Assembly (NCBI RefSeq): GCF_006345805.1
Contig: NC_043005.1
Span: 47,368,001 to 47,432,000, forward strand
Reading direction: 5' to 3'
Length of the DNA stretch: 64,000 nucleotides
From: Octopus sinensis
Lineage: Eukaryota
A program made the position numbers and the translations under genes. The notes under the pieces were generated by a model. It saw nothing but the letters and a program-made list of their open reading frames with translations, was not told the DNA's origin and ran no database searches. Below, in pieces: positions 26,262 through 38,089 of this stretch (its first letter is position 1; every line of letters begins with the position of its first letter).

Positions 26262-26465
26262 ACTGCAAGCTGGCAGAGTTGTTAGCATGCTAGGCAAGAT
26301 GCTTAGCAGCATTTCATCTGTCCTTACGTTCTGAGTTCAAATTCCACCAAGGTTGATTTGCTTTGCATTCTTTCAAGATCAACAAAATAAGTAACAGTTG
26401 AATACTGGGGTCAAGGTAATTGATTAATCCCCTCCCCCAAATTTCTGATCTTGTGCCTATAGTAG
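26262..26465 (+). mobile_element. SINE family B, diverged
   Basis: gcaagctggcagagttgttagc..gagttcaaattccaccaaggttgatttgctttgcattc. Confidence 0.7.
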
Positions 26466-27146
26466 AAAGTATCATAATATAATCCAATTTAGCATTTTTT
26501 AAAATTAGATTTCTCACATATCTATTAAGTCCTTTATAGTTCATTTTGGAACTGTAAGGTATACATATGGGTTCCTAAATCCATCGTAATTATCAATGTT
26601 CCTAGATTTACACAGCATCATCAATTGGATATAACAAGCATACCTACCTCATTTTATAGTAGAAAACAATGTGATTTCTGAAGATTTATGCCTGATTTTG
26701 TTTAAACATTAATGTTTACGTCGATTTTCGGTGACTGTTACATTCCATTCTTTTATCCATGGAGCCATTATCTCATTTTCTTACATACCAATTATTTTAT
26801 TTTATTATTTATTGATTGTTTTATTTCATTATTTATTGTCTGATTTGTCTCGTTTCCCTATTCAATAATTGTTTCATTTCTCTATTTAGCATTTCTTTCA
26901 TTATAATAATTAATTAATCTATTGCTTTTGATTTACAACTAATCTATTGTTTGCTTTTCTCTTTCTAGAAATTGCTTCAGTTGTGTTTATTATTATATGT
27001 TTATATTGCAGTTGATATTTGATTCTGATATACATATAGCATACATACATACATGAATGTATGAATGTATGTATGTATGTATGTATGTAGGTATGTATGC
27101 ATGAATGCATGCATGCATGTGTATATATATGTATGTATGTACGTGT

Positions 27147-27545
27147 ATTTATTTTATTTTATTTTATCTAGTTTCAGCTCATGAGCTGTGGCCATGCTGG
27201 GGCACCGCCATTTGGTGTTGCTACATAATTTTACTTCACGAATGCTTTTTAGCAATTGCCATTTGGTGCATGAGAGAGGTTGATGCAGCTGCCTCATCTA
27301 CACCTCTGCCGTGAAGTTGGTTCATCTGGGACACCTGACAGGAAGAGATCCAGTTTTATTTTAAAGACATCTGCGTCCACCCCATGCAGGTCTCTCAGGT
27401 TCTTCCGGAGGATATTGAAGAGCTGTGGGCCTCTGAAGCCCAGGCTATCACAGTATCTTGTCCTACATCTTGATGGCAAATTTGGAGTCCTTGGCACAAT
27501 GCAGTGGCGCCCAGTTCTAGCATTTGTGTAACTCTCGATGCCAAT
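27147..27545 (-). mobile_element. CR1/L2-like LINE 3' fragment with 3'UTR and (AAAAT)n tail
   Basis: RYCDSLGFRGPQLFNILRKNLRDLHGVDADVFKIKLDLFLSGVPDEP; tail ggcggtgccccagcatggccacagctcatgagctgaaactagataaaataaaat. Confidence 0.8.
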
Positions 27546-27659
27546 TTGTGTAACTCTCGATGTATGCATGTGTGTGTGTATGTGTATGTATATATATATA
27601 TGTGTATATGTATATGTATGTATATTTATGTATATCTGTATGTATGTATATATATGCAC

Positions 27660-27985
27660 CTTTCTGGCACATGTGCTGGTGGCACATCAAAAACAACATT
27701 CAAGCATGGCCGTTGCCAGTGCCGCCAGGCTGGCTCCTGTGCAGGTAGCACTAAAAAAACCTTCTGAGTGTGGTCGTTGCCAAAACCACTTGACTGGCAC
27801 ACAAAAGCACAAAGCACCCACTAGACTCTCAGAGTGGTTGGTGTCAGGAAGGGCATCCAGCTGTAGAAACTTTGCCAGATCAGATTGAAGCCTGTTGTAG
27901 CCTTCTGACTTGCCAGTCCTCAGTCAAACCATCCAATCCATGCTAGTATGGAAAGCAGACGTTAAATGATGATGATGATGATGAG
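27660..27985 (+). mobile_element. RTE 3'UTR copy with about three hairpin micro-units
   Basis: tggcac..ggtggcac..aaaaa..cacc units, then gtcaggaagggcatccagctgtagaaac and (tga)n. Confidence 0.8.
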
Positions 27986-28005
27986 GAGGAGGAGGAGGAG
28001 GAGGA

Positions 28006-28055
<50 letters not shown>

Positions 28056-28087
28056 TTTATTTAAAGCAGCAGAAAATTCAACAAAAT

Positions 28088-28125
28088 CTGTTACTCTGAG
28101 TTTCCCGTTTCCATTCGTCGGACAG
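28088..28125 (-). ncRNA. Type I hammerhead-like motif inside a perfect 32-bp inverted repeat (28055-28086 / 28127-28158)
   Basis: Minus strand CUGU-CCGACGA-A-UG(GAAA)CG-G-GAAA-C-UCAGA-GUA-ACAG; stems I and III close correctly around a GUA triplet. Confidence 0.55.
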
Positions 28126-28227
28126 TTTTTGTTGAATTTTCTGCTGCTTTAAATAAAGCATATTACTCTACCACTGGTATTTGAGTACTCTTTTTTCCAC
28201 CTTGTTTCACCTTTATGTGTTTACGCC

Positions 28228-28262
<35 letters not shown>

Positions 28263-28509
28263 AGCTTACTTTCAAAACTGGTATAAGTGCATATTTGGTT
28301 GATTTCATGATAACCATTAAAACACAATCTGCAAGCTGATGGCTTCATGCAACATAAAATTTTTTTCAGTCAAACTGAGGCAGATGCCATAGAGACAGTA
28401 GGTGAATCTTAGTCTTCCAATCAAAATTAGATATATTCAAGTTGTTTTAAATAATTACTCAAACATCATTCCGATGCATATATCTGGTTTTGAAAGTTAG
28501 CTCTTCATG

Positions 28510-28655
28510 GCATTAGGAAGGGCATCCAGCTGTAGAAACTCTGCCAGATCAAGATTGGATCCTGGTGCAGCCATCTGGTTCACCAGTCCTCAGTCAAATC
28601 GTCCAACCCATACTAGCATGGAAAGTGGACGTTAAACGATGATGATGATGATGAC
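28510..28655 (+). mobile_element. RTE 3'-tail copy
   Basis: ggcattaggaagggcatccagctgtagaaac...gacgttaaac(gat)n. Confidence 0.8.
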
Positions 28656-28657
28656 AT

Positions 28658-28692
<35 letters not shown>

Positions 28693-28889
28693 AGAAATTT
28701 TGAAAAGAATAAATGAACTGTGCCATATCTTATTTAAGTAATAGCATATCTGATTTCATATTCTTCTGAATTTAACCCAACATCCAGCAAAACGGTTACT
28801 GATTTACTTTATCTGTTCCTCTATAAAATTTATACACCATCCTTAACTCATTGAAACCATTATATACTAAAATTATAGTTTCTTAATAA

Positions 28890-29160
28890 ACATACATAAA
28901 TACATTCATACATACACACATACATACATACATACATGCATGCATGCATACATACATACATACATACATACATACATACATACATGCATGCATACATACA
29001 TACATACATACATACATACATGCATGCATGCATGCATGCATGCATGCATGCATGTATACATACATACATACATACATACATACATACATACATACATACA
29101 TACATACATACATACATACAAACATATATACATACGTATGTGCATACATACGTACATACA
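28890..29160. repeat. (CATA)n/(CATG)n microsatellite
   Basis: Direct reading. Confidence 0.95.
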
Positions 29161-29170
29161 TAACAAATAC

Positions 29171-29490
29171 TGTCCTGGAATAAATATAGAGTAGCCCCTT
29201 GTTATTGAATACATGCACAAACACCAGCACAAGGAATACTGGCAGAAAATTCCCATCAAAATATCTGTCAAGTATGAGCATAACAGGCTGGGTATTGTTG
29301 TCTGGGACAGACAAGAAATGATAAGTACAAACAGAGAGATCAGCTGTCCTGATATTGTGAATATCTCTTTGAAAATCAAAGAGAAAGAAGAAAGCATGGA
29401 CAACTGCTTAAAAACCTCCAGCTTCTATATTCAGATTGCAAATTTACATTTATACCAATAATAATTGATAGATATTGGTGGACTAAGCAT
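29171..29490 (+). mobile_element. Second RLE-domain fragment, inverted relative to 29513-29815
   Basis: HNRLGIVVWDRQE..EISCPDIVNISLKIKEKEE..FIPIII; ~80% identical by eye to the reverse complement of the adjacent copy. Confidence 0.8.
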
Positions 29491-29499
29491 TTACTTACG

Positions 29500-30760
29500 A
29501 AACCAAGTGCCCCAATTACTATTGGTATAGTATAAATGTAAATTTCTTATCTGGATACAGATGCTGTAGGTTTCAAATCAGTTGTCCATAGTTATCTTCT
29601 TCTTCTTTGATTTTTGAAGAGATATTTACATCAGCAGGACAGCTGACCTCTGTGATGAAGCATACTTTTTCTTGTCTGCCCCAAGCAACATTATCTGGCC
29701 TGTTATGCTTATACTTGACAGATGATTTGATGAGAATTTTCCAGCAGGATTCTTTGCTCTGGTATTTGTATATTTATTCAATAACAGGGGGATTCTGTAT
29801 ATTTATTCTAGGACAAGTCTTTTTTCCAAATGGCTGGAACCACGGCCATACGACCCCTGCCCATTCAGGATCACAGCCTATAGATAAACTGCAACATAAT
29901 TTCTTTTCTTCAACAGGCCCTGCCCTGTTTAACATTGTCCCGAAAAAGATCAAAGAAGAAAAGGATTCCATCAACTTTAAACAGAGTCTGGACAGATTTC
30001 TACAAGGAATACCAGATAAGCCACCCATACCTGGATACAACTCACTCAACAAGAACTCACTACTTGAATGGACCATAAACAAAACTTGTCTTAAACAGGA
30101 TTTAGATAATCCTATCAGGTGGTGCTATTAAGCAAGACATGGCCTGGACCAATCTTTGGTTGAAACATATGTAAGCTTATCTAAGTTTATACTGTTTTTG
30201 TGACAATGTCATGTCACATAGAGAGGCGGTACCTTGTTGAAAATTTTGGTAAGCTGTTAATCATATGTGCGACGTCTTCCACAGAATATGACATAGCCTA
30301 CATTTACGGCCGCATCTTGGAACTCCAAGTACTTCACTGTCTCTTTTCTAGATAGGTATTTAGTAGCAATCACCTGTTCTTGGACTGCAAATGCATCATC
30401 TTGAAGTGTGATGGGATGTAGTGGTCATGAGTCCAAGAGAGGCTTTGCTTCAGTGTTACTATCTTCTTCGAATGTACAAGAAACATATCCATGGTATGCT
30501 GAGCATTTCACTTCCAAGTCTTCTTTAAGGTATGCTAATCCAGCTGATTTTGGGTTGTATGGGAGGTAATCAGGAAGACAGTAGTTCCTGAGGAGCACAC
30601 TTCCAGCATGTAGGATATTGTTTGCTTTGCATTTCAACACCAAGTTATGTATTTATTTTTGCTACTGTTGTTTAGCAAGTGCTGGCTGAGAGATTCTATG
30701 CAACATTCAAAGGCTGTCTGCACTGATCTCATGCCTCTATCTCTTTTATCTCATCTGAAG
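29500..30760 (-). mobile_element. RLE-type (R2/R4/NeSL-like) non-LTR retrotransposon 3' relic, interrupted by the CR1-like insertion
   Basis: RGMRSVQTAFECCIESLSQHL (RT thumb-like); degenerate CCHC region SVEDVAHMINS.PKFSTRY..M*HDIVTK; HNRPDNVAW...TEVSCPADVNI...IPIVIGAL (restriction-like endonuclease). Confidence 0.8.
29840..30185 (+). mobile_element. CR1/L2-like LINE 3' fragment nested inside an RLE-type LINE
   Basis: LQHNFFSSTGPALFNIVPKKIKEEKDSINFKQSLDRFLQGIPDKPPIPGYNSLNKNSLLEW. Confidence 0.8.
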
Positions 30761-30832
30761 TAGATCCTGTCAATATCACTATTTTTGAGAAAGATTTCCA
30801 GTTGATGTAAGAATTTTGCAGGTTTTAAAGTC

Positions 30833-30889
30833 TATGTATGTATGTATGTATGTATGTATGTATGTATGTATGTGTGTGTGTGTGTGTGT

Positions 30890-30952
<63 letters not shown>
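30833..30952. repeat. (TATG)n + (TG)n microsatellite
   Basis: Direct reading. Confidence 0.95.
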
Positions 30953-30954
<2 letters not shown>

Positions 30955-31384
30955 TTATCTATCTTAAATGCAGTAAATATATTTACAAGAAAGAGAAAAA
31001 ACTATTTCCAGTAGTCTGCAAACTGCATTTCTGATTTTCAATTGGATTTTCTTAGATTTTCTATTCAGTCAATTCCTAACAGAATAAATGGATGACTTTT
31101 GATGCAGGTATTTGCCACTTGTCTTATGAATAATACATTATACAATTTTGAAGTAAATCTCATGGAGAAAATTTTAATGAAGACACTAAATGCTATTGTT
31201 AGTCACGGTCGTTTCTATCAGATGGCATATTCACATGAAATATTAAAATGGGTTATTTATTAATTCTTCTGACAGAGGAATTGATCACAACACAGTAAAG
31301 TATCCAACTACTCATCAGATTTAACCTTGGCTTCTCTTTTCTTACTTGCACTTTCTCAAGATTTTTTTTTATTATTTTCATTTA

Positions 31385-31570
31385 TACACATGTTGCCATG
31401 TAGGTACTAGCATGGTTGTGTGCTAAGAAGTTTGCTTCCCAACCACATAGCTCTAGGTTCAGTCCCACTGTGTGGCATTTTAGGCAAGAGTTTTCCACAA
31501 TAACCACCAGCCGAGCAAATCCTTGTGAGTGGATATGGTAGACAGAAATTGAAGGAAGCCTGCCATTTGT
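31385..31570 (-). mobile_element. SINE family C, 5' part
   Basis: Reverse complement of the family-C head and CORE-like segment. Confidence 0.75.
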
Positions 31571-31581
31571 GTGTGCATGTA

Positions 31582-31618
<37 letters not shown>

Positions 31619-31834
31619 ACAATAATATTAGGGAGTATAACTCCAAACTTTCAGGGAAAAATTCAATTTAGTATTAAATCAAATTTCACAGTATAAATAT
31701 ATAAAATATATAAAAGAGTTTATATTTTGAGTTGCATAATAGTGGTTTTATCTCTAATTTATATTTTATATATATGTATATATATATATGTGTGTGTGTG
31801 TGTGTTTGTGTGTAAATATATACATATTTATATA

Positions 31835-32146
31835 TCACCGTGATCTCCATGACCGACCAGGCTATCAGATGTTGCTACACATCACTGGTCACAATGCTTC
31901 ACATTGTTTTAGCCTTCAAATGACGCCACCCCACTGGTTAAGTGAGTAGGCCAACAGAAGAAAGAGTGTGAGAGAAAGTTGTGGCAAAAGAATACAGCTG
32001 GGATCGCCACCTACCCCTGCCAGAGCCTCGTGGAGCTTTAGGTGTTTTCGCTCAATAAATACTCACAATGCCCAGTCTGGGAATTGAAACCGCAATCCTA
32101 CAACTGCGAGTCTGCTGCTCTAACCACTGGCCATTGTGCCTCCACA
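31835..32146 (-). mobile_element. tRNA-derived SINE, family-A head with a different 3' half
   Basis: 5' part matches 7800-7994; 3' part matches the tail of the SINE at 40065-40300. Confidence 0.75.
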
Positions 32147-33040
32147 TTTATATATAGTTAGGTTACATTCTGTTAAAAACATAGTAGAGTACAGTATCAA
32201 GCTTGCCCACCTTCAGAGTTTGCCCTGTGATAACCAACAGTAGTATAATTCCTACTGCTAGATTTGCATTGGGGCTTCTGTAGCGTGTGAATGGATAATT
32301 GAATAAGTTGTGAGATCTTGTTGTTGAGACACGATGCAGGGAAACAGTTACATAACCAAATACCTGCAAATCTGAAGAACTATGTTGCATAGAAACAATT
32401 GTAGTGATTACAAATAAATGCTCCTCTGTATAAGCGTATATGTGAGTGTATTTGTGAAATAGTACAACTTAGCATGTGCAACCTAGCATGTGAAACAAAG
32501 TGGACAGCCAGTGCATCCAATGCCACCCATGTCAAGCATGCAGTGGCATGTTGACAGTGAGCAGATTGGAATTGCCAGCGTCTGCTAGATTCAAAAGAGC
32601 CAGTTGCATGTGTTAGCATCAAAGCCAAAGATTTACTAACAGGGACAGCGATTACATATCATGTGAGGAGATGCATCTGGATCCCATTATATAGGCAAAC
32701 CATTGCTTAATTTAAATCCTGTGTATATGTATATCTATGTGGTATCGAAACATGTGTAGTGTTCGTTAAATGGCTGTCTGGACATACTCATTCTTGACTA
32801 TATTTATTCAATTTTATGAGTGTTTGTGTGTATGTGTGTGTGTGTGTGTGTAATTGTTTTGGGGTTTGTCTCACAGCACCACTTGGCAACTAGTGTTGCT
32901 AAAAGAGACTGGTAGAATAAGTAACAGACTTTAAAAAGAAAAGGACTTGGGTTAATTTGTTCAATTAAACCCTTTAAGGTGATGCCCCAGAATGGCCAGA
33001 GTCTAATGACTGACATAAAAAAAAAGATAAACGATATCTT

Positions 33041-33273
33041 AAGGCAGCGAGCTGGCAGAAACGTTAGCACACTGGGCGAAATGCATAGCCGTATTTCGTC
33101 TGTCGTTACGTTCCAAGTTAAAATTCCTCGAAGGTCAACTTTGCCTTTCATCCTTTCGGGGTCGATAAATTAAGTACCAGTTACGCACTTGGGTCGATGT
33201 AATCGACTTAATCCGTTTGTCTGTCCTTGTTTGTCCCCTCTGTGTTTAGCCTCTTGTGGGTAGTAAAGAAATA
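33041..33273 (+). mobile_element. SINE family B with 8-bp TSD, inserted after the tail of a family-C SINE (32800-33030)
   Basis: Same core as 8812-9045; TSD gatatctt at 33033-33040 and 33274-33281. Confidence 0.88.
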
Positions 33274-33727
33274 GATATCTTTTATCTTTTATTTGCTACA
33301 GTCATTTTTTTTATTAATCTCTGATGTTTTACAACAATTACTTAACCCTTTCGCTACTGTATTTCTGTTGAGATACTCTGTGTTTCTTTCAATTAATTTT
33401 AAATATAACAAAGAATTTAGTAAAATAACTCAGCTATCATTCAGCTAGTGTTAGGAACATAATTATGACTAAGGTTTGGTGGAAGATTTTAATTCAAAAC
33501 TTATGAAAACAAGACATTTGTACTACAGAGCCAGAGCCAGTTTCAGCCAGGCTGGTATCAAAAGGGTTGAAGAGTGTGTGTGTAATCATATATTTCTTTA
33601 AAAAAAATGAAAAATGTAACTTTGTTTTGCAACATGTTTGCTTTATCAATTTTTCAATCTATGCTTGCATGGAAAATGAACATAAAATTATTATGAAGAT
33701 GATGATGGTGATGATGATACATACACA

Positions 33728-33781
<54 letters not shown>

Positions 33782-33824
33782 CACACAACACACATGCACA
33801 CACATATAGAAAGAGAGAGAAATT

Positions 33825-33862
<38 letters not shown>

Positions 33863-34358
33863 CAGTGTGCATGTGTGTGTGTGAGAGAGAGAGAGAGGAA
33901 GATATAATTTTGAGTCAGTGGAAATCATGCATAGTACTGTTTCATTCTTTTCAGAAATTATCTGAGATATATTAATTAAACATTTTATGAAGCAAGGTAT
34001 TTCACATAGATAGAAAATAATACAACAGTCCGAAATAAATTCATGGAATATGTGCTTTTCTTTCTTTATAGAGTTTAGCAATCAAGAGTTTAGCAATCAA
34101 GAGAAAACACAAAGAATATTGTTAGTGTCATCCATAAAAAAATAAGAACAAGTAAAAATACCCTTAATAATTAATATGGAATAGCATTTCTTATGTTACT
34201 AATCTTTTGGTTAGCTAATCAGATTGCTTTTACCAGGAATTCATGTTCTACAGTCTCCCAAAGTGGACCACTGTTTGCAAATTTTCTTCCAAGAAGTTTA
34301 CACCTAATAATAGTGCACCTGAGCTCTGTATACAATAAGTTCATTTTTATTATCATCG

Positions 34359-34389
<31 letters not shown>

Positions 34390-34859
34390 GATCATCAACT
34401 TCATCATCATATTCCTAAATATTCTCATTTAGATGCACATCTGGACTCTGACCTTGCTAGAGCATCGTTTTATGGAGTTTTCTCTGACAATTTTTTGGTT
34501 GCTTTTGTATTATGGGTAACAGCATTGTTGAGTTAAAGATTACTTCATAATTCTTTTATTTTTTTTACTGGAAATGATTTTTTTTTTCAGGACAAGAAAT
34601 AATTGCCTTCTGAATAATGTTAGAACTTCCAAGACAGTAATTTTCTGTATAAATCCTATCAGTTCACCAACGACTATAAATGAAAATGTACATCTTACAA
34701 TGTTTCTACCTATTCACAGTTACTGAAATCCATTCTGTATAGATTCTCTTACCATGTCTGTGAAAGGTAAAGTTCTAGATCATGACTACAAAACTAAAAT
34801 CTTGATATAAAACACCCAGGGAAGTTTCTAAAGTTTGTCTGAATCACAATCACTATACT

Positions 34860-35250
34860 TCCTATTTCTTTATGCCCACAAGGCGCTAAACATAGAGGGA
34901 ACAAACAAAGAGATTAAGTTGATTACATCAATCCCAGTGTGTAACCGGTACTTAATTTATCGACCCCAAAAGGATGAAGGCAAACTCAACCTCGGCGGAA
35001 TTTGAACTGAGAACATAACAGCAGATGAAATACTTATTTCTTTACTACCCACAAGGGGCTAAACACAGAGGAGACAAACAAGGACAGACAAACGGATTAA
35101 GTCGATTATATCGACCCCAGTAACTGGTACTTATTTAATCGATCCTGAAGGGATGAAAGGCAGAGTCGACCTCGGTGGAATTTGAACTCAGAACGTAGCG
35201 GCAGACAAAATACCACTAAGTATTTTGCCCGGCGTGCTAATGTTTCTGCC
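34860..35250 (-). mobile_element. SINE family B, tandem dimer
   Basis: Two consecutive minus-strand copies starting tatttcttta..cccacaagg at ~34863 and ~35035. Confidence 0.8.
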
Positions 35251-35604
35251 AAAGTACAGTTTCTTTAAATATTGTTTTCTTTTAGTTAACAGAGCCTTCT
35301 TAGCACTCCATTTAGCAGTAAAGTTCAGCATCTTTCAACCTTCATGTTTATAGTTCTCCCTGATCCTTTTTACTGCTGTTGTGCCTTTTGTTTTAATGAG
35401 TCAAAGGATAATAGAATCAGATATAAGCAATCAACTACATTACAGTGAGATTCTTTTCTTTTCAATAACCATTGTCACAGCTTCTGTGGAACTAAATCTA
35501 TGGAAAACCTGTATGTCTATATGATACTCCAGCCTGGGCTTGTTAGAGTGGTTGTGAAAGCAATATTGTTACTCTTGACATTATAAGAAAAATCTTGGAA
35601 TATG

Positions 35605-36020
35605 GGTGCAGGTGTGGCTGTGTGGTAAAAAGCTTGCTTCCAAACCACATAATTTGGGGTTCAGTCTCACCACATGGCACTTTGGGCAAGTGTCTCTTAC
35701 TATAGCTTCAAGCTGACCAAAGCCTTGTGAGCGCATTTGGTATACAAAAACTGAAAGAAGCCCATCACGTGTGGTGTGTGTTGTGTGTGTGTGTGTGTGC
35801 ACGTGTGTGTTTGTGTTTATATCCCCATTGATTGACAACTGGTGTTGGTGTGCTTACATCCCTGTAACTTAACAGTTCAGCAAAAGAGACTGATCAAATA
35901 AGTTCCAGGCTTGGAAAAAAAGATAATTATCGGGTTTGATTCATTTGGCTAAAAATTCTTCAAGGCAGTGCTCCAGCATGGCCAAGTCTAATGACTGAAA
36001 CAAGTAAAAGATAAAAGATA
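35605..36020 (+). mobile_element. SINE family C
   Basis: Full-length head-to-tail match. Confidence 0.85.
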
Positions 36021-36564
36021 TATTGTATGAGAGCTATGTGTTTCTCATGCTTGATATGTTTAAAGATGTTGTCTTCCCGATTCACACTTTATTAATTCTG
36101 TTTTACTAGAAATACTTCTCACACTCTTTTAACTTTCGTGTTTCCTAAGTTACTGTTCCTCAAACACTTCCTTCTTCACAACCTGCTTGTAGCTACTTTT
36201 TCCAGAATGTTCTCAGAGATGAAACCACTTTTCATGCCTCCTTGGTTTTCTGTGCACAATTTACCATCATTATTTTGTGTAAGATATACACTGTTTTCTT
36301 GAATAGAAATCTTGCACCACTGCAGGCCCAAAACCCACAAAGTGACCAATTGACTACAAATTCTAGGGTCTAAAATCACTGATGATTTCCTACCATGGAA
36401 AACTGCCTTTCAACATCAAATTATCTTTTTCTGAGCGAGATAATATTGTATGCTAATCGTTTATTGACACACTACAAAGCTCAAGTGTAACTCATATTAG
36501 AATGCTGCTCCCATAACCGGGACAGTGTTGTTGCTGTGATCACAAATAAATGAGACTGGATCAT

Positions 36565-37060
36565 CATCATCATCATCATCATCGTTTAACATCCGTTTTC
36601 CATGCTAGCATGGGTTGGACAGTTTGACCGGGGTCTGGGAAGCCAGGTGGCTGCACCAGGCTCCAGTCTGTTCTGGCAGTGGTTCTACAGCTAGATGCCC
36701 TACTTAATGTCAACCACTCCGTGAGTGTAGTGGGTGCTTTTTATGTGCCACCGGCACAGGTATCACAACTACAATTTCCATTTGATTTTTTGATGCTGAT
36801 GTACTTGACTCAATAGGTCTCCTCTAGCACAGCAGGTCGCCATACAATCTAAGGTAAGCACAGCAGGCCGTCCTGCAATCTAAGGTACTTTGGATGGGCT
36901 GGGGCTTCTCTGTGAAGCTGGTGCAGCAAACAGCCATGAACTCACGTTATTTGTCAGGTCTTCACAGTCATAGCATATCACCAGAGGTCTCGGTCTTTCG
37001 TCATTGCCTCTGTGAGGCCCAATGTTTGAAGGTCATGCTTGACCACGAAAAAAAAGTAGC
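36565..37060 (-). mobile_element. RTE LINE 3' end (ORF terminus + short 3'UTR + (TGA)n)
   Basis: VVKHDLQTLGLTEAMTKDRDLW followed by the shared 3' tail and (tga)n. Shows this tail belongs to the RTE LINE. Confidence 0.85.
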
Positions 37061-38089
37061 CCATCCAGTGATAGATAAATATTCAGTCAGTAATATGCTA
37101 CTGGACCACAGATGTGTTGATTCTTCCTTCTACAATACAACAATAGGATTTGCTGCTCTTAACTTCTTAATAGATTACCATCTCTGCCCTAGCCTACCTG
37201 ATGTACTTTTTCACTATTTCTTTCATGCCACTTTTCTGCTACATGCTATCTCTCAGCTAGTAAACCCTTCACAGAATTGCACCTCTTGAATTCCTTAACC
37301 CTCAAGAATTCCCATCAATCCTGTGTTATGTTAACAGATGTTAACTGAACAAATTTAACCCTTCAGCATTCAGACTTCTCTTATTTATTCCTATTGTTTG
37401 GAATTAATCACGTGTTATCTTGTAGATTTGCGATTTTGATGATGTAATTTTTTTTTTTAGAATGACATTGCAGGATAGGTATGAGAGGCTGGAGCAGGCC
37501 ACTTTGAATATGAAGTGGGTAGAATATTTGGGCTGGACATGGCCATTTAAAGCTAAAGAGTTACGCTTAACATCAGCTACACCAATTCTACAAACCAAGG
37601 AAGGAATACAATGCTTTTAGAACACTGTGCACCTTAGCAGCTAATCATTTTTTTCTTTTTAATAAATTCCTTTTTTGATATTTTTTCTGCTTGATGCTAA
37701 TTTTTTTGTTGACTTTCACTTTCTCACCTCCTTCTACCGTGGTTATTCTCCTGCTACTCTTCCTCTTCTCAGCTCCTCCTCATTACTCCTTATTAAACTT
37801 CTTATTATCCCTCTCTCTCACTCCTTCACTGTAATCTCTTCTATCACATTGCATCATATTTTCTTTACACCTCTACTCCAACCTCCCTCATTCCTTTTCT
37901 TTCCTCCTACCTCCTCTAACCACAAACTACTACTACTACTGATCATCTCACAACACTGCTTCCTTATTATGCTTCATTGTTTTCTGTTGCAGTCACTGCT
38001 CCTACTAGTTTTCCTACTCACTGCCATTACACAGATAGTGTTAGTCCTCTCATTACAATTCTCCCTTTTAACTTATCTCACAAAGACTA

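Noticed and set aside
32160-32740. Helitron helicase fragment (GQTLKVGKLD)
   Set aside because: Single short motif; surrounding helicase motifs absent.
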